A DNA stretch of 63,976 nt, filler included, from Octopus bimaculoides (lineage: Eukaryota): NCBI RefSeq assembly GCF_001194135.2. It is 6 parts of 5 records of this genome, joined end to end, with 100 filler letters (N's around TTAATTAATTAA, not from the genome) between each part and the next. Parts side by side here need not be neighbours in the genome. Positions count along the whole stretch, not along the records: positions 47,924 to 55,740 come from NC_068992.1; positions 55,841 to 60,630 come from NC_068987.1; positions 60,731 to 63,976 come from NW_026365306.1; 3 more parts are not named here. One strand, 5' to 3'. Both the position numbers and the translations under genes were made by a program. Each line of letters opens with the position of its first letter. The stretch's first letter is position 1. The notes below the pieces were generated by a model. That model did no database searches. It was not told the DNA's origin and saw only the letters and a program-made list of their open reading frames with translations. Below, piece by piece: positions 53,789 to 63,976 of this stretch.

Positions 53789-53888
53789 CTCCAGCAAGAA
53801 TCATCGTAGGGAAAATGGTCAATAGCATTAAGATACATGAGTATTTCTGCTTCATCGTTATCATCATCGTAGTCGTCGTGATCGCCAT
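53789..53888 (-). CDS. Signal-peptide exon of the Cys-loop receptor subunit (exon 53789-53910, 22 nt of 5' UTR)
   Basis: Acceptor atatttcag|, strong Kozak gcaagATGG, MAITTTTMMITMKQKYSCILMLLTIFPTMILAG+G, donor gag|gtaagt. The phase-1 end joins the 50469 exon in frame (G+AA = Glu). Confidence 0.75.
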
Positions 53889-54084
53889 CTTGCTACTAGT
53901 ACTGCTTCCTCTGAAATATATATTTGTTACAATCATATCATAGCCACCAAAATTAACTATTACATCCGCCGATACTAATTACTATAAGTATAAAGATAAA
54001 TTTTATTCAACGTATAAATACTGAACAGTATAGATATAAAGGATAAAATCCTTTTTTTTTTTTCTTTTTAAAAGCAGAAAAATT

Positions 54085-54165
54085 TGTCGGCAGCCAGCTA
54101 TGAGGATCGAACTCACATCCCGCCAATATCCGGTTGGAATACTTTACCATTTAAGCTAAACCGCC
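54085..54165 (-). mobile_element. tRNA-like SINE head
   Basis: tagcttaaatggtaaag (A box) and gagttcgatcctc (B box). No convincing cloverleaf. Confidence 0.55.
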
Positions 54166-54401
54166 TGACCGCCAAATTCTTCAGCAATTCTATAACTTTT
54201 TAAATACTAACTACTACACTAACTCCTATTCCCATTAATCAGAGACTCTCCTGTCGTATATGATTGATTAGTGTTCAGCACTTTGTTGCTGAACAGCATG
54301 ATCAGATGAATTGCTTACAGGGATCAAACGTTTGTATTGTACTTTTGCTCACTCACTCCAGCAAATCGAATTACCTATACAAATGCTTGGTGACCTACGC
54401 G

Positions 54402-54845
54402 TCGTGAAGGCGCGTGGCTTAGTGGTTAGGGTATTCGGCCCACAATCGTAAGATCATGAGTTCGATATCCGGTGGCGTGTTGTGTCCTTGAGCAAAACAC
54501 TTTATTTTACGGTATTCCAGTCTACTCAGCCGGCAAAAATGAGTTGTTCTTGTATTTCAAATGGCTAGCCTTATCATTTTCTATGTCTTGCTGAGAACTA
54601 CGTTAAGGGCACGTATGTCTGTGGAGTGCACAGCCACTTGCATGTTAAATTCAGGAGCATGCTGTTCCGTTGATCGGATCAACTAGAACAGAATGCCAGT
54701 TCTACACGTCAGACGTCGAAGTGATTGCAAAGCAACACGAAATGAAATGTTTTGCTCAAAAACACAACGCACGGCCCAGTCCGAGAACCGAACTCAGGAT
54801 CTTTCGATCGCGAGTGCAATACCCTAACCAACAGACCAGCGCCCT
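54402..54845. mobile_element. SINE C copy (54402-54705, plus) and inverted SINE head (54725-54845, minus)
   Basis: gcgtggcttagtggttagggtattcgg...gagttcgat...gagaactacgttaaggg, and reverse ttggttagggtattgcactcgcgatcgaaagatcctgagttcggttc. Confidence 0.8.
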
Positions 54846-55840
54846 CAATATTACCACTAATACTAAGAATTATAACCACTATCACTAACTACTATACCTA
54901 CCAATACAAACTACTATTATTAACACGAATACTATTATTACCCCAATATGAACTATCGTGACCGCTAATACTATTATCACAACCATATAAACCACTAACA
55001 CAAACTACAATAATCCTATAACTTCCGATAAATACTATCTTCTACTGCTACACCGAGACAAAGAAAATGAGAACCTTTATATTAGTTAATTGTTCAAGGT
55101 AGCCAAATGCCAGTTGGGTGGAATGCCCATAGACACGATCAGCCCTCAGTAAACATTATTTAGTGTAGTTCATAAATTTTAGTCTGATGTTTCCTGAAAA
55201 GCCCTCCATTGTCGAGACTAATGTGTTTGAATGGTTATTGTAGCACTGGACAATGAAATCTAACAGATAGAATTGTCATAGCCAGAGCATCCTTGAGTAT
55301 AAATCTATTCTATCAGAGCTAACCTGGGATTAAACCAGTAAAGAACTAATCGGCTGGAAACACGTATTTTACCAGTGTGATATTAGTACAAAAGTAGAGA
55401 GGTAAGATAAATAAAATAAATAAATAGAAATGTTTTAGTAAATACGGTGGGGGAGAAAAGAACGAAAGTGAGTGCAAGAGAAAGTGCATCTGCACGCGGG
55501 CGACTTTGTGTTTGTGGTGTGTGTGTATGTGTGTGTGTATGCGTGTGTGTGTGCGTGTATACCGTAGTTCAACTTGGTTCCTGATATTTTTGGCTAAACC
55601 CCAACAGAAATAAAACGGTGGGTGGAGTAAAGAAAACAAGATACATATAAATTTGCGTATATAAACAGATGGATAAATAGACATATCAACAAATAAAGAT
55701 GTCTATACATATCTAAATATATGTACGCATATATTTATATNNNNNNNNNNNNNNNNNNNNNNNNNNNNNNNNNNNNNNNNNNNNTTAATTAATTAANNNN
55801 NNNNNNNNNNNNNNNNNNNNNNNNNNNNNNNNNNNNNNNN

Positions 55841-55901
<61 letters not shown>

Positions 55902-55912
55902 TACTACTACTA

Positions 55913-56248
55913 TTGAGTGAGAGAGCAGTGCATGCCATCAAAGTGACACGGGTAAAATATACGAAGCCCATTATACCCGTCATGACTACCCGTCTGATAA
56001 GGGTACACCAGGCACATGCATCACAACCATATGTGCGCGACATGGTGATCTCATATCAAGATAAACAGCGCATAACCTCCTGGGTGGGGCCCAGCTAGAA
56101 TTTTCTTCAGGTCGAGTTGCCCATTCCGTTCAAAAGGTCCCTGAATAAGGTTTGTTTAAGAATGTTGAGCAAAACACCCATGTTTCTAAAGGTGAATTAT
56201 TCAAACTCCAAAGAATTCCTCTCTACACATGGCTATGATGCTCTCCCA

Positions 56249-56249
<1 letters not shown>
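55913..56249 (-). mobile_element. TAA-associated element E, 5'-truncated
   Basis: ttgagtgagagagcagtgcatgccatcaaagtgac...ttagaattttcttcagg-type sequence, flanked by TTA arrays on both sides. Confidence 0.85.
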
Positions 56250-56330
<81 letters not shown>

Positions 56331-56332
<2 letters not shown>

Positions 56333-56815
56333 CGATGTCGCACAGTATGCAATATCATGAGGCTGTTGATGGAAGACATTGTGTCTACCGGGGGTTTGTA
56401 CTGTTTGTGAAGTCACAAGGATCTCAGACAGTACTTTACGCAATATGCGTACAGTTCCAAGCAATGCCGAATTTTGCAATACATCAAGATTGTAGGGTAT
56501 TTCTAATGTTTTCAGATGTTTTTTTTCAGATTGGGTGGTATTGAACCAAATGCTCCGATGACAATAGAGGTAACCTTTATGTTTGACTCTCGTAGCTGCC
56601 ACATCTTAGTAATCTCAATTCTCAGCTTTCCATATTTATCAACCTTCTCTTTTTCTTTCATGATATGTTGATTTTCTGGCACTGCTACTTCGATTATTAG
56701 CCACTCTTGTTTGTCTCTCCTAAAGGTTACTATATCTGGCCTTCGGTGCTCTAACATCTTGTCTGTCAAGAAATCAAAGTCCCAGAGGATTTTTGGCTTC
56801 CCTTTTTCCGTCTAT
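56331..56815 (-). mobile_element. R4/Dong-like RLE 3' fragment
   Basis: KILWDFDFLTDKMLEHRRPDIV...IIEVAVP...KEKVDKYGKLRIEI...IVIGAFG...LQNSALLGTVRILRKVL, with TTA arrays on both sides. Confidence 0.9.
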
Positions 56816-56865
56816 TACCTTTTCTGGTATGTTGACATTTATTATTATTATCATTATTATTATTA

Positions 56866-56936
<71 letters not shown>

Positions 56937-57657
56937 TAAGGCAAGCTTTCTTTGGCTTATTTCAATTCCCCCAAAACACCTCTCTTTCACAAACGAATTT
57001 TCATATAGGTCTATCAAGTGTGATTCAGCGTTCTCAGCAATGTTGGGGTTAGAAAATAATACCTAGAGACTTATATTATTCATAGAGTTCTTACGTCGTG
57101 TGCCAGCAACAGGAGGAAGGTGTATCATCCTGGCTCTTTTCCCAGTGATACATTTTTCATAATTTCCCCCCTCTATTTTGTTTAAACTGCTGCGTTTTCT
57201 TTATCTTATTTTCTTATTTATTGCTGGTTACAGTGATTATTTTGCCAACGTTTACTGAATAATCACTTTGTACGCGATTCGTGCATGGTTGAGTTATAGA
57301 GCAATAACATTAGTATCTGAAACTCTTAGACGACAGCAGAGACATTTACTGTTAGGTTAGCGTTCTCTGAATTTCGTTTTCCTACGTTTATGCTTATTCC
57401 TCAAAAATTAAACGTTCAATTGATTCAGAAAAATAAGTATTCCTCATAAAGGACGTCTGTGTGTGTATGCATATACATATATATATTCATACATATATAC
57501 ATATATATAAACATACACATATTTGAATAGGTGCATGCTTCCATGCATATAGGTAACTATATATTTATGTGTGTGTGTGTGTGTCTATGTATTTATATGT
57601 ATGTATGTATGTACGTATGTATGCATGTGTGTATGTATGTATGTATATATATATAGG

Positions 57658-57720
<63 letters not shown>

Positions 57721-58540
57721 GGGATTTGATTTGCAAGATTCTTTATTTGAGTTCGTGTGTTGAAGCATCTTTTGTTGTGTCTGGGAAGAGTCAGTCTCTT
57801 TTAGTGCCTTATTATTTATCACACTCACCAGTAAAGTTTCCATTCACTTATTTATTTTTCCTGAAATTTTCGTTGCGTCTTGCAACCTTTTCAATAGTCG
57901 CTGTGTCTGTCCGTTATCGAAGCTGCGTTCTTTTTGTTTGTTTGTGCGCATGTGTGTGAGTGAATGCGTGTGCGCATACACATGTATGTATGTATGCATG
58001 TATGTATGTATGTAAGTGTGTGTATGTATGCATGTATGTATGTGTGCTTATGTATATATATGTGTGTACGTTTGCATGTATGTATTCTGCATATCCATGT
58101 GTTTGTGTTTGCGTGTTCATGTTCCTGTGATTTTATGTGTATGTCTGTTTGCACGTGTGTATGTGTGTGTGTACCTCTGTCTCTTTGTATGTTCATATCT
58201 GAGTGTGTCTGTGTGTGTATGAGGTTGGTCACGAATAAGATTATAGACAAGCTCAGTTTCCTTGATGCTGATGATTAGACCAAAAACCTTCGATGCACAA
58301 AGAGGAATTCCAAACACGTTTCGTTGTTCGCAACCTCAAGAGCTCCTTAATAAGATCCAGTGACTAAGGTCATCATCAAGAGGAACAACGCTTTCAACGT
58401 GGCGCCCCCACCCTTTAGGAGGGGTTAGTGCGTTATTTTCTTTTTTCTTTTGCCTTTTGTTCTTTGGTTTCTTCGATGCATCGTGAACGAATGTCAGCGG
58501 GCAAATGACCAATCCGCCAATTTACACTGTAAATACTCAC

Positions 58541-58791
58541 CGGTAGGCTCCAGCAGCCAGCACCAGCTAACTGCCAGGAGACACCAATTATGCCTCAACG
58601 GACCAATGAAGGGGAATGGCACGTAGTTTTGGCTCGTATCCTCTCTAGACCTACCTTTCAACAGAGTCGTGTTAGTTTCAGCTCCAACAGCCAGAGCAAA
58701 GTGTTTAGAATCCATTTCATATCCATGGTAGTTGTTTAGAATCTATTGCATGTCCTCAACAGGGTCTACTCAAGTGTACCCAATCGTCTTG
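58541..58791 (-). other. Candidate upstream (5' UTR or alternative first) exon of the receptor gene
   Basis: Donor accg|gtgagt at 58540, possible acceptor ttttctcttag| at 58792, and an open frame MDSKHF...WCLLAVSWCWLLEPT ending in phase 1. Separated from the coding exons by a scaffold spacer. Confidence 0.35.
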
Positions 58792-60519
58792 CTAAGAGAA
58801 AATCTTGAACTGTTAGCACCAAAGTCTTAGCTTTTGTTTTCAAGCGCAGTTGGTTCTGCACTCAAACTTCACACATTCTTTAACACACTCGAACGTTACG
58901 GAAAAATACAAAGTAAATAGGAGTGGTGCAAAGACACTGCCTTGTTTTGTCCCATTTTAGTCAGTGAATGAATCGGACACTTTCCCACTATTTCAAACAG
59001 ACGCCATCATCCTTTGATGGAAAAAGATGATGACATTGAGTAAATTTTGGTGAATACATAGCTTTCTAAACATATATATATATATATGTAAGATAAAATA
59101 CTTACATAGTCGACCGTTTTCGCTTGAGCTAATCATGACTTGTATGAAGAGTAATTTCAGTTTCATGCTATCATGTGAGGTTTTTTATTCCATGATTGTA
59201 GGGCGAAGGACATATACTATGTATGTGTGTGTGCGTATGCGTGTGTGTGTGTGCGTATATGCATATTTATATATATTTAATAACTATCTGAAGTCAGTTC
59301 TGTTTCCATCTGAAGTAAAATTATTTAAATCCAAATGATATAACACCGAAGCTAACACCAAACATAACGTCTTGTCGTTTAATATAAATCAACACACGAT
59401 AATTCACAATCACTTCACAAACATTAGTTAAAGACATTTAGACAAATTAATTACTCACTTGATAGATCAAAGTTTACAGATAACGAATTGTATTGAAAAA
59501 CAATAAAAAGAACATTGCATTGGCACATGTCAATGTTTTATGATAGAATCTCCAATAACGCTTCATGTAATGTTAGCGCATTTAATCAATATTTATATCT
59601 CTTCCATTTTAAACGCATTTATAATGTGATTTAATGTATTATTTTACTCTTCTATATCAGTTCGTTTTTAAACACATTTAACGCTTTCAATTCATTTTTC
59701 TGCTGTTTATCTCAACATATAAGTAGTATGTAGTCGTCGGCACATTTGTAAGATGTTGTAAATCGCTTTTATTTTATGCAGAGACATAATATCAAAACAA
59801 AAGGATTTAAGGATGTTCAGAATGAAACAAAATGCTATTGAGAGATAACGGATATAATGTAATAAATATATTATAAACACGCACACAAACGCACAAACAC
59901 AACATACATTTATATACAAGCATACCCAGAATACATACACATACATGAGTGTGTGTGTGTGCGTGTCTGTGCAAACATTGCAAGTACGGATCAGCGAACA
60001 AACCGTTTGCTGAAATAATAAATATTACTATTGACTTTTGTTATGTGTGGGAGTGTTTCTGGCTGGCGTGACACAATGGTGTTGAAACACCGGTGTTGCA
60101 GAATACCTTCTACTAATGAATCGGGTGTATTTTAAGCGTATATTCGTTGGGAAGGAGAAGCGATTAGCATATTAACGTTCGAATCTGCCGGAACGCAGTT
60201 AGAATATATATGCTAATCATCGGTCATCGTAAAACTTACTCTGAAAGACATACAAGAATTGGAAAAGATACAAAAAAAAAAAACTCCGAAGAATGCCACT
60301 GAATCAAAAGAAATATACAAACATACACACATACTAAAACACATATTTATCTTTGTATGTATGCATGTGTGTGTCTGTGTGTATGTGTTCGTGCGTGCGT
60401 GCATGTGTGTGAGTCTGTGTATATGTGAGTGCGCGTATTGATAACACCTAAAAAAGATGCATTTTCATTCACCGTTGGTTATTGCGGTTTTATTGAATAC
60501 ATTTATTTATTCTTTAGTA

Positions 60520-60628
60520 ATTCAAGATATCTTTACGTAAGTTTGGTAAATATAACTGCTAAAATGGGTTGTCACTGTTATTTTCATGTTTGCATTATAT
60601 AGACGACAATATATTCACCGCACCCTAT
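60520..60628 (+). mobile_element. 3' terminus of a DD37D/maT-like transposon
   Basis: tttagtaattcaagatatctttacgtaagtttggtaaatataactg matches the 3' end of the 36545-37290 element. Ends ttcaccgcaccct-ATA. Confidence 0.6.
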
Positions 60629-60730
60629 ATNNNNNNNNNNNNNNNNNNNNNNNNNNNNNNNNNNNNNNNNNNNNTTAATTAATTAANNNNNNNNNNNNNN
60701 NNNNNNNNNNNNNNNNNNNNNNNNNNNNNN

Positions 60731-61030
60731 TATATGGTGGCTGTCTACTCCTTATGCAGACTCTGACCACCTCGTGTACTTACACCTTAGGTCCATCATG
60801 GCGTCTGATGTGGCTTTTTAAACGAAACAATGTTTTGAAAAAGACACCCACATAGATTGCATATCTGCTTTGGACCACCAAAAGCTGCAATTAAGTTCTG
60901 ATCTTTGTGGATCTTAAAATGTCTTTTGAGGCCTCTGTTAGATTTGCAGACCTTATGGCATACATGGCATTGAAAGGTGTGCACAGACATATAGGCAGAG
61001 CAGTAATTGGTGGAGGATCACTTTTGAAGG
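60731..61030 (-). mobile_element. C2H2 zinc-finger-coding fragment, probably the 3' end of an RTE-type LINE
   Basis: CHVCHKVCKSNRGLKRHFKIH then a broken CNLCG...H finger, followed by a short 3' UTR ending in TA. No splice context seen. Confidence 0.5.
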
Positions 61031-61399
61031 GTCTGCAAATGAGATTTAAGCCCAGCAAATATATATGCATGTAGTTCAGATGTACAGAAGACAAAGACAG
61101 GTGAGGGAACAACAAGCAGGTGTATTAGGGTGGCACTTGGGAAGAATGGAAAAGACTTTGACGTTTCAAGCCTATGTTCTTCGACAGAAAGGGATTAGAG
61201 GCAAAAAAATGGAGAGAGAAAGGAAAAAAATCGAGAGAGAAAAAAAAAACATGTTGGGATTAACAGATTAACATGATGGAATGAAAGACTGAATATATAT
61301 ATTTTTTGTTGGTGAACAGGTCATAGATTTGAGCGATGTGAAGTTGATGGTTTTTGTATATTTCTGAACAGCCAACTTATGTCTTCCACACAAGAGTTA

Positions 61400-61520
61400 C
61401 TTTAGTTTCAGCATACAATCTTAGATCAAAATACCTGCTAAGTGTCTTCTGCTATAGCTTCAAGCTGACCAAAGCTTTGTGAGTGGATCTGGTGGATGAA
61501 AACTGAAAGAAGCCCATTAT
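61400..61520 (+). mobile_element. Old SINE A head fragment
   Basis: aagtgtcttctgctatagc...gaccaaagctttgtgagtggat...aactgaaagaagccc. Confidence 0.75.
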
Positions 61521-62004
61521 GTGTGTATATATATGTTTGTGTATATGTGTGTGTGTGAGTGTGTGTATGTATATGTGTGTGTGTGTGTGTATGTATATAT
61601 ATATATGTGTGTGTGTGTGTATAATAATAAAGAGTAAAATTAATTAATTAATAAATAGTTAATAATTTTACCAAGTAGTTCGGTATGTTAAAATAACCTT
61701 TATCGGTAACCTTATACAAAAATTCTATAATTATAAGCATAATTATAATTAGGGTTCAGCAAATTGCTTCACCACATACCGAAATTTAGAAATAGCAGTT
61801 AAATACTATTCCTCTACCATAAGATGTCTCCCAGACAGCAATACTCTTATTTTATGTAGGTAAGGAGAAGAAATAACGAATCCACCCGGTTGATCAAAGC
61901 TTCGGTTTGACTGAGGACTGGTGAGCCAGAGGCTGCACCAGGCTCAATCTGATCTGGCAAAGTTTCTACAGCTGGATGCCATATATATATGTATATGTAA
62001 AAAG

Positions 62005-62245
62005 AAGTAAAGTTTCTTCCCAAATCATGTAGACTCGTAGGGCTGGATTCCCGGTTTCCATGACATGTATATTCCCCACCTGGATGGGATACCAGTCCTT
62101 TGCAGCTTTACTCACTTTGCCAGCTGAGTGAGGTGAAGCAATGTGGAATGAAATGTTTTGTAACGCATTGCCCAGTCCAGGAATTGAAACCATAATCTTG
62201 CAATCATGACTCCAACACACTAACCACTTGGCCACATACCTCCAC
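62005..62245 (-). mobile_element. tRNA-derived SINE with a MetaSINE-like central motif
   Basis: Head tggccaagtggttagtgtg...ggtttcaattcc; body ggactggtatcccatccaggtggggaat...catggaaaccggg. Confidence 0.6.
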
Positions 62246-62369
62246 TTATATACTTTTGAACACATGTGTATATTCCCCAAAGTTTGTATGCTTATTTTCT
62301 GCCTTATCGCATCATGATCTCTTACTTCTCGTTACACATAATGTATATTTAATATCTGTTATCTATATT

Positions 62370-62383
62370 TAAAAGTACTCTGT

Positions 62384-62461
<78 letters not shown>

Positions 62462-62850
62462 TCTATACCCTCTGATTCATTAACTAGAGCTCTCATGTTT
62501 ACAGGTTGTGAAATAAATAAATATATATATATACTTATACACACACATACATACTTACACATACAGTACAGACATACATATACACACATACATACACACA
62601 CGTACATACACATACATATATACACACGTACATACACACATACATACACACACGTACATACACACACACGTACGTACACGTACATATGCACACGTACATA
62701 CACACACACATGTACATATGCACACACGTACACATACGCACACACATACATACGCACACACGTACACATATGCACACATATACATACACACACGTATACA
62801 CATTCACACATATGCACATATGCACATGCACACAAACACATGTAAACACA

Positions 62851-62890
<40 letters not shown>
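62370..62890. repeat. (CA)n / (TACA)n compound microsatellite
   Basis: Direct inspection. A similar TA/TG tract occupies 63400-63976. Confidence 0.95.
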
Positions 62891-62891
<1 letters not shown>

Positions 62892-63696
62892 GCGCGCGCT
62901 CGCTCTGAAGAGTTGTTTGTTGATAAAGTTCTATTTATTTCTAACGTCATTCAACGATTCTTTGAGATCGTATTTCCTCTTATTAACCCATCTTAAGTAA
63001 ACATCATATGCAATAAACCTCCATCGCCTTTGTATATCTTTATGAAAGGCAAGTCTCTTTGCTGTTGAAAAATAAAAAAATAAGAACAAAAAAATTATCT
63101 TTAAAATTTTGCTTGTGTCAGTCTTAACACTGTGGCCATTCTGGGGCTCTGTTTTGATGGTTTAGTTGAACAGATTGATCCCATCACTTATTTTTATTTT
63201 TCAAGTCTGCTGTTTATACTGTTGGTTTCATTTTGGTGTACTGTTAAGTTACAAGGTTGTTAAAAAACAAAAAAAAAAAAAGCTTTTCAAGCTGTGCGTG
63301 GAGCTGCACAAATACAAGTACATCCACAAGTACACATACGTGTGTGTGTGTACGTACAGACATGTGAGGGCATGTAGCCTAGTGGTTAGTGTAATGCACT
63401 CGTATATGTATGTATGTATGTATATACAGGTACGCATGTGTATGTATGGATGTATATGTGTAAGAATGTATATGTGTATGAATGTATACATTTATGAATG
63501 AATGTATATATTTATGAATGTATATATATGTATGAATGTATATAAATATGTATGAATATATATATATATATATATATGTATATGTGTGTGTGTATGTATA
63601 TGTGTGTGTGTATGTATATGTGTGTGTGTATGTATATATGTGTGTATATGTATATATGTGCGTATCTGTATTTATACATATATATATGTATATATG

Positions 63697-63740
<44 letters not shown>

Positions 63741-63976
63741 TAAAAAAATTTTTTTTTTAAGTCTCAGCTTAGAGCTGCGGCCATGCACACATACATACAC
63801 ACATACATACACACACGTACATACACACGTACATACACACACACGTACATATGCACACGTACATATATATATATACATATATATGTATATATATATATAT
63901 TTATATATATATACATATATATGTACATGTATGTATATATATATGTATATGTATATATATATGTATATGTATATAT

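Noticed and set aside
60162-60218. Hairpin with an 11-bp outer stem as a pre-miRNA
   Set aside because: Large asymmetric bulges and too few contiguous pairs.

Overview
AT-rich, microsatellite-dense eukaryotic genomic DNA with many N gaps. The repeat content (tRNA-derived SINE families, Dong/R4-like and Tx1-like LINE debris, Penelope-like elements, mariners) looks like an octopus (coleoid cephalopod) genome; that assignment is recognition of repeat families, not a database result. Almost all of the window is non-coding or decayed transposon sequence. The one recognisable host gene is the 5' part of a minus-strand Cys-loop ligand-gated ion channel (nicotinic-acetylcholine-receptor-like): a signal-peptide exon (53789-53910) that joins in phase to an exon encoding ...NYSSKVRPNC...DIGLRQILEL (50336-50469). 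I could not find its downstream exons, and a synthetic 100-nt scaffold spacer (N44-TTAATTAATTAA-N44, five in the window) lies 2.5 kb downstream. Other notable signals: a near-complete hammerhead ribozyme core at 282-344 (minus); nests of RLE-type LINE fragments and a ~600-bp non-coding element sitting in (TAA)n arrays; a SINE whose alternative 3' tails match the 3' end of a Tx1-like LINE in this window; an internal inversion with a 65-bp duplication in that LINE; a mariner foldback; and an orphan 207-bp candidate exon. Boundaries of decayed repeats are approximate (tens of bp).
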